Assembly: GCA_947253735.1 (NCBI GenBank)
Contig: CAMYAU010000001.1
Span: 1-41,772, forward strand
Length of the DNA stretch: 41,772 nucleotides
DNA from: an uncultured Varibaculum sp.
GTDB lineage: Bacteria; Actinomycetota; Actinomycetes; Actinomycetales; Actinomycetaceae
Reading direction: 5' to 3'
Made by a program: the position numbers and the translations under genes
Notes under the pieces: model-generated
What the model was told of the DNA's origin: nothing
What the model saw: only the letters and a program-made list of their open reading frames with translations
Databases searched by the model: none
Shown: one piece after another, positions 9,333 to 18,839 of the stretch
Layout: each line of letters starts with the position of its first letter
Position numbering within the stretch: position 1 is the stretch's first letter

Positions 9333-11327
9333 TTACGTATTTTCTAATAGACGTTTTAAGGCCCCCAGAACTACCTGGTAATCTGTGGTTCTCCAAAAAG
9401 GCGGGAGGGTTTTTAACAGGTAGTTGGCATAACGGGCACTAACTAGGCGCTGATCAAGCACCGCCACTACCCCTTTGTCACTGCGAGCACGAATCAAGCG
9501 ACCGGCTCCTTGCGCCAACAGTAGGGCGGCATGAGACAGAGATACCTCTGCGAATCCGCTACGTCCTTGTGCCTCAGCGGCACGGGTGCGAGCGGAAATA
9601 TAGGGGTCATTGGGGCGAGGGAAAGGTATCCGATCGATGAGGACGAGGCGGCATTTATCGCCAGGTAAATCTACTCCTTGCCAAAGAGAAAGAGTGCCGA
9701 ATAGGCAGGAATGTTGACTGTCCGAAAAGTCTGATATCAGTTGACCTATCGGTGCTTCCCCCTGTAAAAACACGTGCAAGTCACTTTCTTCCTCGAAATA
9801 CTCGGCGGCTTGTTCTGCAGCTTTATAGGAAGAAAACAGCCCCAATACCCCGCCTCCGGCAGCTTCAGCCAGCTGACGGGCTCTTTCCAAGGTGGATTCA
9901 CTCAAGCCAGATTTACCTGGACGAGGCAAATCTGCGGCCACATATAAAATCCCTTGCTGCGGATAGTCAAAGGGACTGCCCAGATCGCTACCTTGCCAAG
10001 TGTTTTTATCTCGAAGACCTAAACGATTCGCAATCGCCTCAAAAGATCCGCCTAGCTGCATAGTTGCCGAGGTTAGTACACAGGAGCGTCCTTTAAATAA
10101 CCGGGCGTAAAGATCCCCACCCACATCTAGAGGACCGCAGTAAAGACGGCGATTGCCGGACTTTTCTTCTGTGATCCAGGCGGCTGATTTTTCCGGATTA
10201 AAAGCGGCAATAATCTCGCAAGCATCTAAAGCTTCTTCGATTTGGGCAAGGACGATACGTTGTTTCACCCGATTATCGTCATCTTTTGCGCTGTTTGTAA
10301 CCTCTCCCGCAATATCAGATAGCTCAATTTGTAGAGCGGTCAAGGTAGTTTCTAGGTCTTTAGGCAGCGCGGTAAGTTCCTCCTCAGGCAGCTTCTCTAT
10401 AACTTTCGTAAAAGTCTTGGCCACCTGTTCCAGGGCAGTGACCGGCAGATTAAAATGTCTACCTACCCCGCGCACTACTTTTTCTATGGTGCCGCCAGCG
10501 AGGCTTACGCAGGCTTGGGAGCGGGCGCGGGAGGGTAGTTCGTGGGCTTCATCTACGATTAGCAGGTCGAACTCGGGAAGCAACTCCGCGCTAGTGAGCG
10601 CCTCGATGGACAGCAAAGCATGGTTAGTGACGATAATGTCGGCGTCCTGGGCTTTCAGGCGCGCATCTCGGGGAAAACAATCCGTAAAGAACCGGCAGGT
10701 TTTCCCTTGGCATTGGTTAGGGGTGATCGAAGCTTGCTGCCAGGCGGATAAGGATACTCCGCGTTCCAGTTCGTCCCGGTCACCACTTTCGGTTTCCTCT
10801 GCCCATTCCCGCAGGCGCTGCAACTGTTTACCGATATTGCTGGGGGAATACTCGGTGGCCTCATAACTGGGAAACAGCCCTTCGATTTCTTCTGGAGCCG
10901 CTAATTTCCAGCGACACACATAGTTCGACCAGCCTTTTAATACCGCAACCGTGGGAGGGGGAAAACCTAGTTCGCGGCAGGCACTGACAACGGTGGGAAT
11001 ATCACAGGTCAGTAATTGGCGTTGCAAAGCCAAGGTGGCAGTAGAGATTACCACTCTCTGTCCGTGTTCAATTGCCTGTTGAAACGCTGCAGCCAGATAG
11101 GCGAGAGATTTTCCAGTGCCGGTTCCCGCACCCACCAATTGGGTACCCGGCAGAGAAAAAGAGCGGGCAACCAGGTTACACATTTGTACCTGTTCCGCGC
11201 GTTCACTGCCTCCAATCTGTTTAATACAGGTGCTGAGGATTTTGCGCGCACTCCTAGCGTCTTGACTACCCCCGCCTTTAGCTTTATCTGAGGTCGCTAC
11301 CGGTGGGGATGATTCCGGACTGCCCAT
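9333..11327 (-). CDS. dinG: DinG/YoaA-family ATP-dependent DNA helicase
   Basis: GTGTGKS, DEAH, Fe-S cysteines (NYVC...C-x4-C-x5-C), QGAGRLIR. Confidence 0.9.
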   Translation of the reverse strand: MGSPESSPPVATSDKAKGGGSQDARSARKILSTCIKQIGGSERAEQVQMCNLVARSFSLPGTQLVGAGTGTGKSLAYLAAAFQQAIEHGQRVVISTATLALQRQLLTCDIPTVVSACRELGFPPPTVAVLKGWSNYVCRWKLAAPEEIEGLFPSYEATEYSPSNIGKQLQRLREWAEETESGDRDELERGVSLSAWQQASITPNQCQGKTCRFFTDCFPRDARLKAQDADIIVTNHALLSIEALTSAELLPEFDLLIVDEAHELPSRARSQACVSLAGGTIEKVVRGVGRHFNLPVTALEQVAKTFTKVIEKLPEEELTALPKDLETTLTALQIELSDIAGEVTNSAKDDDNRVKQRIVLAQIEEALDACEIIAAFNPEKSAAWITEEKSGNRRLYCGPLDVGGDLYARLFKGRSCVLTSATMQLGGSFEAIANRLGLRDKNTWQGSDLGSPFDYPQQGILYVAADLPRPGKSGLSESTLERARQLAEAAGGGVLGLFSSYKAAEQAAEYFEEESDLHVFLQGEAPIGQLISDFSDSQHSCLFGTLSLWQGVDLPGDKCRLVLIDRIPFPRPNDPYISARTRAAEAQGRSGFAEVSLSHAALLLAQGAGRLIRARSDKGVVAVLDQRLVSARYANYLLKTLPPFWRTTDYQVVLGALKRLLENT

Positions 11328-12842
11328 CTACTTTGCCACCTCAAGTATGGCTTGTGCGAGGGCGGGACCAGCTCGTCCTACCACGTGGGTACCGTTCTCT
11401 AAGTATTCAATTTTGTCAACGATGCCTTCCTCGTGCATCCTCGCTACCAGCGCAGATTGTTCATAGGGGATCACGTAATCTATGGGTTTAGCCGGAGTTG
11501 GCAAGGCATTCGCAATTGCCTCCCGTAGCTGATCTAATCCCTGCCTGGTGCGGGTAGATAGCGGAATCCCTCCCTCAATCACAGATTGCAATGTCCGTAT
11601 GCGCAGCGCATCTACCAGGTCTACTTTATTGAGGACGATAACTTCGGGAATTTGGGAAACATTAGGCAAATCACCTAGCACTTCATGCACGGTTTCTACC
11701 TGTTGAACGGGGTTGTGGTGACTAGCGTCAACCACGTGCACGATTACATCGGCGTATTCGACTTCTTCCAGGGTGGATCGGAAAGCCTCCACCAGTTCGT
11801 GGGGAAGTTCATCAATAAACCCCACAGTGTCAGACAAAGTGTAGGCTCGCCCATCGGGAGTTTCGGTTTGCCGCACTGTGGGATCCAGGGTGGCGAATAG
11901 GGCGTCTTGTACCATCACATCCGCATCTACCAGCGCATTTAACAGAGAAGATTTTCCGGCATTAGTGTATCCCACGATTACTACCGAGGCTAGGTAACTG
12001 TTAATACGCCCTTCCCGTTTAGTGTCGCGACTTTTCTTCATCTGTTTTATTTCTCGCCGCAGTTTCGCGATTCTTTTAGTGATTCGGCGGCGGTCAGTTT
12101 CCAGTTTAGTTTCGCCCGGGCCTCGCGATCCGATACCGGCTCCCCCCGATACTCGTCCGCCGGCTTGGCGTGACATTGACTGTCCCCAGCCCCGTAGGCG
12201 AGGGAGTAGGTATTGCAGTTGCGCCAGTTCCACTTGGGCCTTGCCTTCCCTGGAGGAGGCGTGTTGGGCAAAGATATCGAGGATGACGGCGGTGCGGTCA
12301 ACGACTTTCACTTTGACTTGGTCTTCAAGTCCGCGCCGTTGAGAGGGTTGCAGCTGGGCGTTTACGATCACGGTATCCGCTTCGAGTACCGCCACCTGTT
12401 CGGATAACTGTTTGGCTTTCCCTCGTCCTACGAAGGTTGCGGCATCGGGGGCGCTGCGACGCTGCAATGCTGCTCCTACTATCTCGGCCCCTGCAGTTTG
12501 GGCGAGCGCCGCCAGCTCCGAAAGGGACTGCTGGGCACCAGCGCGATCCGAATCGTAGATACCTACGAGAAAAACTTTTTCTAGCTGTACCCGCCGATAC
12601 TCAACCTCAGAAATATCAAGATCAGAGGCATTCGTGCGCTGAAATTCTTCGCGCAATTTTCGCGAGAAATCCCCGCCATGGGAACTTTGTTTCGTCAGGG
12701 CAGTACTGGACCAATCCAGCAGTTCTAAGCCCTCGTTGGGGGTGTTTATGTCCGGATAGTCTCGCGGGGATTTTTTGGGAGAAAATCCGAGGATGGAATC
12801 TGCGTCATCCCGGTTTAGGCTACGGTGACGCACTCGGCGCAC
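11328..12842 (-). CDS. hflX: Ribosome-splitting GTPase HflX (true start possibly ATA at 12896)
   Basis: ILDIFAQHA, RGPGETKLE, GYTNAGKS, LFATLD, DTVGF, NKVD. Confidence 0.96.
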   Translation of the reverse strand: MRRVRHRSLNRDDADSILGFSPKKSPRDYPDINTPNEGLELLDWSSTALTKQSSHGGDFSRKLREEFQRTNASDLDISEVEYRRVQLEKVFLVGIYDSDRAGAQQSLSELAALAQTAGAEIVGAALQRRSAPDAATFVGRGKAKQLSEQVAVLEADTVIVNAQLQPSQRRGLEDQVKVKVVDRTAVILDIFAQHASSREGKAQVELAQLQYLLPRLRGWGQSMSRQAGGRVSGGAGIGSRGPGETKLETDRRRITKRIAKLRREIKQMKKSRDTKREGRINSYLASVVIVGYTNAGKSSLLNALVDADVMVQDALFATLDPTVRQTETPDGRAYTLSDTVGFIDELPHELVEAFRSTLEEVEYADVIVHVVDASHHNPVQQVETVHEVLGDLPNVSQIPEVIVLNKVDLVDALRIRTLQSVIEGGIPLSTRTRQGLDQLREAIANALPTPAKPIDYVIPYEQSALVARMHEEGIVDKIEYLENGTHVVGRAGPALAQAILEVAK

Positions 12843-13042
12843 CAGTTCGTAGGCTCTATCCAGGTCTTGTTTACTAACTTCCGTTTCCGCAGGTATTTCC
12901 GCCGCCTCCCTTGTGTTTTCGACTTATTTCATTTTCCCATGACCCCGCGTTAGCTGCAAAAGCCACGCAGGATGCGTTGGCGGATGAAATCTTTCGGAGG
13001 ACCTACCGGAACAGGTTCGACATATCTCACAGCCCGAGAAGT

Positions 13043-13070
13043 TTGTTTCTTCCGCACGATTAGGTATTCT
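13043..13070 (+). promoter_or_regulatory. Putative sigma-A promoter of tRNA-Val
   Basis: TTGTTT-N16-TATTCT ending 12 nt upstream of the tRNA 5' end. Confidence 0.45.
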
Positions 13071-13082
13071 TTAACAGGTCTA

Positions 13083-13156
13083 GGGCCTATAGCTCAGTTG
13101 GTTAGAGCGTCACGTTTACACCGTGGATGTCGGGGGTTCGAGTCCCTCTGGGCCCA
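13083..13156 (+). tRNA. tRNA-Val (anticodon TAC), CCA not encoded
   Basis: Cloverleaf: acceptor GGGCCTA/TGGGCCC, D arm GCTC/GAGC, anticodon loop TT-TAC-AC, T loop TTCGAGT; followed by CCG. Confidence 0.97.
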
Positions 13157-13159
13157 CCG

Positions 13160-13299
13160 TGACGAACCCGAACGGCAAGCAAGTTTACTTGCTTGTTAGT
13201 GAGGGCGAGGAAACGGCGCGCAACACGAAGTGTTGCAAGCACAATGAGGAACCCGAACGGCACGAAAACCGTTCGGGTTTTCGTATTAGTGAGGGTGAG
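13160..13299 (+). repeat. Direct and inverted repeat array immediately 3' of tRNA-Val
   Basis: TGA(C/G)GAACCCGAACGGCA at 13160 and 13245; TTAGTGAGGG(C/T)GAG at 13196 and 13286; hairpins 13176-13195, 13220-13236 and 13250-13279. Confidence 0.85.
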
Positions 13300-13338
13300 A
13301 AAGTTCTATGTAATCCTTGCAGGATTTAATATCACTTT

Positions 13339-13704
13339 ATGTATTACAGGCGGATACCGTTATTTTCTTCGCTGACGCTTACCGTGTTGATCGGCGGGTT
13401 ATGGTGGTATGCCTGGGAGTCCACCGCTTCCACCCCCACTTGGGTGCCGGCTAACGTGCTAGTTATCGCATTCCTGATTGCAACTATCGGGATGGCCTGT
13501 GCGAGCAAAACTACCGCTTCCAAGGGCGCAAAAATTACTTACCTGACCGGAACGACGCTGTTCCTTGCGGGATTCGCGTCCTTTTATGTATTCTCCCAAC
13601 CTACCACTATAAACATTTTTGGGTTTATAGCGGTTGCTGCGGGTTTAATAGCCGCAAATCTAGCCGCGGGTTACCTTTACCGGGACGATCCTCGGCAAAA
13701 GTAA
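13339..13704 (+). CDS. Small hypothetical membrane protein (about 4 TM helices)
   Basis: 121-aa hydrophobic ORF; TAATAT 6 nt upstream of ATG (leaderless-type promoter). Confidence 0.7.
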   Translation: MYYRRIPLFSSLTLTVLIGGLWWYAWESTASTPTWVPANVLVIAFLIATIGMACASKTTASKGAKITYLTGTTLFLAGFASFYVFSQPTTINIFGFIAVAAGLIAANLAAGYLYRDDPRQK

Positions 13705-13716
13705 ATATTTCGCTGC

Positions 13717-14145
13717 TTAGCGGCCGCGGGTTACTACTTTTGTACCCGCCCATTGGGGGGAGACCACATCCGAGGTGGTGGGATTCATACCCGCCGTTTT
13801 CGCGGCTTCTTCGATTAGACGCGGGTCAACGGCCCCAGGATCGGAGGCGATCGGGCTGAGTACCCAGATGACTCCCCCCTCATCCATATTGCCCATCGCG
13901 TCCATCAAGGCATCAGAGAGATCATCTACGCTACCGTCATCGTCGCGCCACCAAACCAGGGCACCATCGGTCATCGCGGTGAAATCTTCATCTTGGAGAT
14001 CGTCATCAATTTGATCCATTATGGCTTGGCGAAGATCTTCGTCGACGTCCTCATCCCAACCAAATTCTTGAATGACTTGTTCTTTCTTAAACCCCATCTC
14101 CGAAACGGATAGGGAACTTTCATGCCTTTCGCGCGTGGTTTCCAC
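13717..14145 (-). CDS. DUF3052 family protein
   Basis: QEFGWDEDVD, LVWWRDDDG and GGVIWVLSP motifs; divergent from aceE as is usual in Actinobacteria. Confidence 0.9.
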   Translation of the reverse strand: METTRERHESSLSVSEMGFKKEQVIQEFGWDEDVDEDLRQAIMDQIDDDLQDEDFTAMTDGALVWWRDDDGSVDDLSDALMDAMGNMDEGGVIWVLSPIASDPGAVDPRLIEEAAKTAGMNPTTSDVVSPQWAGTKVVTRGR

Positions 14146-14451
14146 GTTCTCTAAGTTACATGATGAAAGGCATCTGAGGAAACGCGGACGCAGACATTGA
14201 GATGATTACTCCCTCTTTTTATCACTTTCTGTTATTCTGCCTCTTTCTCTATCCCCCTCTAATTTCATATCCCCTGTTGGAAGAGGGGTTATCGACGTTT
14301 GGGTAGTACGTGAAGAAGATTTTCGGGATGATCACTTTTTCTTGCGCTTCTTCTGGCTTCCTTAAATCTGCTCGTTACCGGTGGCCAAACTAGAGAAAAT
14401 AGATGAGAATCGAAATGTATGGTCTTTTTGGTTGGAGGAGCAACAAAACCT

Positions 14452-17199
14452 ATGAGCGAAAATAAGGCATCACTGGATTCTGTACACCAGTTAGCTACTG
14501 CCCTACCCGATCCGGATCCCCAAGAAACCCGTGAGTGGCTGGATTCTTTGGATGATTTGATTAAAGAGCGCGGTCCGGAGCGTACTCGCGATATTTTACT
14601 GCGGATGCTTTCAGAAGCTGGTGAACAAAATGTGGCGGTGCCGGCTAATCTGAATACGCCTTTTACTAACACGATTAAGCCGCATGATGAACCAGCTTTC
14701 CCTGGCGATGAGCGTATCGAGCGGGATTATCGCCGCTGGATGCGTTGGAATGCGGCGGTGCAGGTTACTCGCGCACAACGTCAAGGAATTCATGTAGGGG
14801 GCCATATTTCTTCCTACGCCTCGATCTCCACTCTTTACGAGGTGGGATTTAACCATTTCTTCCGAGGTAAGTCGCACCCGAGTGGGGGTGACCATATTTT
14901 CTTCCAGGGTCATTCCTCCCCTGGTATTTATGCTCGCGCATTTTTAGAGGGCCGACTATCTGAGGAAGATATGGATGGTTTCCGTCAGGAGCTATCGCAA
15001 GCGCCGCATGGTCTACCTTCTTATCCGCATCCGCGGCATCTACCCGAGTTTTGGGAATACCCCACCGTGTCGATGGGGCTAGGGCCTGCCGAGGCGATCA
15101 CTCAGGCTTGGTTTGATACTTACCTAACTAACCGGGGAATCAAAGACTGCTCAGACCAGCACACTTGGGCTTTCCTGGGTGATGGGGAGATGGATGAACC
15201 GGAATCGCGGGGTTTGTTACAGCTGGCGGGACAGCAAAAGCTGGACAACCTTACTTTTGTGGTGAACTGCAATCTGCAGCGCCTGGATGGCCCAGTGCGC
15301 GGTAATGGACAGATCATTCAGGAACTAGAGTCTTTCTTCCGAGGCGCCGGGTGGAACGTTATCAAAGTGATCTGGGGGCGCGGCTGGGATCGTTTACTGG
15401 CGAAAGATAACGACCATGCGCTGTTGAAAGTTATGACCGAATGCCTGGATGGTGACTACCAGACTTTCAAAGCCAATGATGGCGCTTACGTGCGCAAGCA
15501 TTTCTTTGGCCGGGATCCGCGCACTGCAAAGATGGTGGAGGACTGGACCGACGAGGAGATTTGGGATTTGCGGCGGGGCGGTCACGATTACCGGAAGGTT
15601 TACGCTGCCTATCACGCGGCCGTGTCTCATAAGGGACAGCCGACCGTTATCTTGGCACACACTATTAAGGGATATGCGCTGGGTGAGACTTTCGCGGGAC
15701 GCAACTCCACTCACCAGATGAAGAAACTTACCTTGAAAGATTTGAAGGCACTCCGCGACCGGCTGCACATTCCGATTACTGATGAGGAGCTAGAGAAAGA
15801 TCCGCAGCTACCTCCCTATTACCGTCCTCCACAGGATCATCCTTCGCTGCAATATATGTTTGAACGCCGCGAAAAGTTGGGCGGATTCTTGCCTTCGCGT
15901 CCTAAAGAACGTAATCAGATGCAGCTTTCCCTGCCAGAGGATTCCGTCTATGACGTCCTCAAAGGGGGTTCCGGTAAACAGAAGGTTGCCACCACGATGG
16001 CGCTGGTGCGCCTAATGAAAGAGTTCTTGAAAGACGAAGAGTTTGGCAAGCGGATCGTACCGATTGTGCCCGATGAGGCGCGTACTTTCGGGATGGACTC
16101 GATGTTCCCCTCGGCGAAGATCTATAACACCCTGGGTATGAATTACACGGCGGTGGACAAGGATTTGATGCTGCATTATGCCGAGGGCAAAGATGGACAG
16201 ATTCTGCACCCCGGAATTAATGAGGCGGGAGCGGCCGCCGCTTTCCAAGTGGCGGGTACTTCCTATATGTCTAATGGGGCACCCACGATCCCGTTCTACC
16301 TGTTCTATTCGATGTTTGGTTTCCAGAGGACGGGCGACCAATTCTGGGCGGCCGGAGACCAGCTGGCCCGGGGCTTCGTGATTGGCGGCACCGCGGGACG
16401 GACTACCTTGACCGGTGAGGGTCTGCAACACGCTGATGGGCACTCCCCGATCATTGCCGCCACTAACCCGGCATTTGTACAGTATGATCCGGCTTATGCC
16501 TACGAGCTGCGGCATATTATTCGCGATGGTCTGCAGCGGATGTATGGGGATGGCTCTGATGGGCGTGAGCAGAACGTCATGTACTATTTGACGGTTTATA
16601 ACGAGGCCATTCAGCAACCGGCAGAGCCCGAAGGGGTAGATGTTGAGGGAATTTTGCGCGGCATGTACGCCCTGACTGGTCACTATGAAACTGGCGGACC
16701 CAAGGTGGAACTCCTGGCCTCGGGGATTTCGGTTCCTTGGGCGCTGCAGGCGCAAAAACTTTTGATGCAGGATTGGGGGGTGGACGCTGCCGTTTGGTCG
16801 GTGACCAGCTGGCATGAGCTGCGCCGCAACGGTATGGATTGCGATCGCCACAACCTGATTCACGCCGATGAAGAATACCGCCTGCCGTATATTACTCAGC
16901 GGCTGCGTAATGCTACCGGGCCAGTGATCGCGACTTCGGATTATGACCATCTGGTTCCCGATATGATTCGCCCCTGGGTGCCGGGACGCTATAAGGTGCT
17001 CGGCGCTTCTGACTTCGGGTATTCCGATACCCGTGCCGCCGCGCGCCGCCACTTCTTGATTGACGCGGAATCCCTGGTAGTTCAAGCCTTGGAGGCTTTG
17101 AATGAGGACGGGGTTCTGCAGGATCGCTCGGTGGTCACCCAGGCATTAAATCGCTATGACCTGCTAAATCCGAATGCTGGTTCTTCTGGCGAACAGTAA
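14452..17199 (+). CDS. aceE: Pyruvate dehydrogenase E1 component (homodimeric)
   Basis: [25 protein letters not shown] motif [10 protein letters not shown]...NCN, GEGLQH. Start set to ATG 14452 behind GGAGGAG. Confidence 0.97.
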   Translation: MSENKASLDSVHQLATALPDPDPQETREWLDSLDDLIKERGPERTRDILLRMLSEAGEQNVAVPANLNTPFTNTIKPHDEPAFPGDERIERDYRRWMRWNAAVQVTRAQRQGIHVGGHISSYASISTLYEVGFNHFFRGKSHPSGGDHIFFQGHSSPGIYARAFLEGRLSEEDMDGFRQELSQAPHGLPSYPHPRHLPEFWEYPTVSMGLGPAEAITQAWFDTYLTNRGIKDCSDQHTWAFLGDGEMDEPESRGLLQLAGQQKLDNLTFVVNCNLQRLDGPVRGNGQIIQELESFFRGAGWNVIKVIWGRGWDRLLAKDNDHALLKVMTECLDGDYQTFKANDGAYVRKHFFGRDPRTAKMVEDWTDEEIWDLRRGGHDYRKVYAAYHAAVSHKGQPTVILAHTIKGYALGETFAGRNSTHQMKKLTLKDLKALRDRLHIPITDEELEKDPQLPPYYRPPQDHPSLQYMFERREKLGGFLPSRPKERNQMQLSLPEDSVYDVLKGGSGKQKVATTMALVRLMKEFLKDEEFGKRIVPIVPDEARTFGMDSMFPSAKIYNTLGMNYTAVDKDLMLHYAEGKDGQILHPGINEAGAAAAFQVAGTSYMSNGAPTIPFYLFYSMFGFQRTGDQFWAAGDQLARGFVIGGTAGRTTLTGEGLQHADGHSPIIAATNPAFVQYDPAYAYELRHIIRDGLQRMYGDGSDGREQNVMYYLTVYNEAIQQPAEPEGVDVEGILRGMYALTGHYETGGPKVELLASGISVPWALQAQKLLMQDWGVDAAVWSVTSWHELRRNGMDCDRHNLIHADEEYRLPYITQRLRNATGPVIATSDYDHLVPDMIRPWVPGRYKVLGASDFGYSDTRAAARRHFLIDAESLVVQALEALNEDGVLQDRSVVTQALNRYDLLNPNAGSSGEQ

Positions 17200-17217
17200 A
17201 CCTGATACCACTTATAT

Positions 17218-17263
17218 TAGGGGGGTGCGCCCATTGGGAAATGAGCGCACCCCCCTACTTTTT
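17218..17263 (+). terminator. Intrinsic terminator after aceE
   Basis: TAGGGGGGTGCGC...GCGCACCCCCCTA stem followed by CTTTTT. Confidence 0.85.
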
Positions 17264-17386
17264 ACTATTTTGCCGCCCTGGACCCCCGGCTTTCTGGGAC
17301 ATATCCATAGTTTCCGATATGGAGTAGCACAGTCCACCTAGTTCTCGCACTAAGTAGATGTGGGCTAGGTGTGGGAGGATGACGCT

Positions 17387-17728
17387 ATGGGAAAAGCTGA
17401 AGTTTCCGCGAGTACGCTTAAACGGGTTTCGCAGATGGAGGCGGCGCTGGTGCGCCTCAATGATGCGATTGCAACTGTCGAGGATGCTCTCGATGCCTAT
17501 GAACAGATGTGGGACGATTACTGCGCCTTGGATAAGTACTATTCCGGGAAAGCCTGGTGGGAGGATCTAGAGGCCGACAACCAGGGACTTTTACCCGAGG
17601 ATTTACCTCGCGGAGTACTTTCCGAAGACGCCGTCTACGATGCCCTAGGCGACGCCGAAGCCCTCCGCCAGCGCCTACAAGAACTCGCGCACTCCGCTCA
17701 GGAGACCCCAGACAACAGTCCGAGGTAG
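17387..17728 (+). CDS. DUF4298 family protein
   Basis: LDKYYSGKAWWEDLEAD...LPRGVLSEDAVYDAL pattern; GGAGG SD before ATG 17387. Confidence 0.8.
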   Translation: MGKAEVSASTLKRVSQMEAALVRLNDAIATVEDALDAYEQMWDDYCALDKYYSGKAWWEDLEADNQGLLPEDLPRGVLSEDAVYDALGDAEALRQRLQELAHSAQETPDNSPR

Positions 17729-17731
17729 GGT

Positions 17732-17772
17732 AAAAATAAATCCGGCGAGAGGAAATATTTCCTCTCGCCGGA
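17732..17772. terminator. Hairpin between convergent genes (U-tract on the minus strand)
   Basis: Perfect 32-bp palindrome TCCGGCGAGAGGAAAT/ATTTCCTCTCGCCGGA (17741-17772) preceded by AAAAATAAA. Confidence 0.8.
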
Positions 17773-17905
17773 AGGAATGTTAGGTTATTGTGCTTTTAAA
17801 GTTAGCTCAGATTTTTTACCATTTAGCCCCGACACGCCCAAATACAGCGATTTCTTTATTTTGAATACCGCTAGGACTTACCGAAAGCCTCTTTATAGTT
17901 TTGTT

Positions 17906-18340
17906 TTATTGATTTTGATAGAGAAGCGCCAGCTCCCCTAAAGTTTTACATTCCGCGATCTGAGTATCGGAGCGTTTTTCACCCAATTCCCCTTCAAGCC
18001 GCGCCACCACCGCATACAGCGAGATATCATCAAAATCCAACTGCGTTATCAGCCCCGTGTCCGGCTGCAAATCTGTCTGAGCACAGTCAGTTTCCACCGC
18101 AACAGCTTCCAAAAGACACGATATAACTGCTGAATCACCGCTAAATCTTTCCCAGGCAGGAGAAATATTTCCCGAGGACGCATCTGGGTAGCTACTACTA
18201 TTCTCCTCAGCCACAACCCCAGATTCCGCGGCAGGAACAGGCACAGATTCTCCCTCTCTCCCGCTTTCACTCTCCGATTCACCGGGCAGAGTCTTACCAA
18301 AATCGGCAAGTGCCGCTAGGGCATCAGCATCTAGCGCCAT
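17906..18340 (-). CDS. Acyl-carrier-protein-like domain with acidic low-complexity N-terminus; canonical Ser absent
   Basis: C-terminal ~75 aa follow the ACP pattern (LQPDTGLITQLDFDDISLYAVVARLEGELG...IAECKTLGEL); ATG lies 1 nt after the DUF3145 stop. Confidence 0.7.
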   Translation of the reverse strand: MALDADALAALADFGKTLPGESESESGREGESVPVPAAESGVVAEENSSSYPDASSGNISPAWERFSGDSAVISCLLEAVAVETDCAQTDLQPDTGLITQLDFDDISLYAVVARLEGELGEKRSDTQIAECKTLGELALLYQNQ

Positions 18341-18341
18341 C

Positions 18342-18839
18342 TCAGCCCACTCGATGTAGCCAGCGCACTGGCGCTCCGGCCCCTGCATAGCGGAAGGGTT
18401 CGAGTTCTTCATCCCAGGCGGTTCCCAGTGCGAGGTCCAGCAGGCGCCGTAACTCTTCTTGACTACCCTGCGAAAGTGCAACCCGCACCCGATCCTCTGG
18501 AACCACTACGTTACCCACCACGTCGGTTTGGGCGTGGAAGATTCCCAAATCGGGGGTATATGACCAGCGTCCCCCATTATTATTTACGGAGGCGTCCTCG
18601 GTTACCTCAAAACGCAAATGCTCCCAGCCACGCAGGGCAGAAGCAAGTTTAGCACCGGTACCAATCTGCCCTACCCAGGACAGTTCCGAGCGGAACATTC
18701 CTGGTTGAGCAGGCTGCTCCGTCCACTCTAAGTTGACGCGTTGATCTAGAACTGCGCCAACCGCCCATTCCACGTGACTAGAAAGCGCACGGGGGCATGA
18801 GTGTACGAAAAGTACACCGCGGGTGTAATCCTTGTTCAT
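18342..18839 (-). CDS. DUF3145 family protein
   Basis: TRGVLFVHSCPRAL, HVEWA, LRFEVTED and LGTAWDEELEPFR motifs; AAGGAG SD. Confidence 0.92.
   Translation of the reverse strand: MNKDYTRGVLFVHSCPRALSSHVEWAVGAVLDQRVNLEWTEQPAQPGMFRSELSWVGQIGTGAKLASALRGWEHLRFEVTEDASVNNNGGRWSYTPDLGIFHAQTDVVGNVVVPEDRVRVALSQGSQEELRRLLDLALGTAWDEELEPFRYAGAGAPVRWLHRVG

Noticed and set aside
12924..12940. Mini-ORFs ATG-GGA-AAA-TGA and in-frame ATG-AAA-TAA upstream of hflX as an attenuator peptide
   Set aside because: They overlap the likely -10 element, so probably lie upstream of the transcription start, and no clear SD precedes them.
13009..13019. GAACAGGTTCG as a LexA box for hflX-dinG
   Set aside because: The spacer is 2 nt rather than the 4 nt of GAAC-N4-GTTC.
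12972..13375. Short ORFs overlapping tRNA-Val and the downstream repeats
   Set aside because: They overlap a clear tRNA and a hairpin array and have no coding features.
16012..17085. 357-aa antisense ORF inside aceE, and similar shadow ORFs elsewhere
   Set aside because: Antisense to a well-conserved gene, no recognisable motifs; expected by-product of codon bias.
18341..18481. 47-aa N-terminal extension of the ACP-like ORF given in the ORF track
   Set aside because: It overlaps the conserved DUF3145 C-terminus; the ATG at 18340 right after the DUF3145 stop is more plausible.
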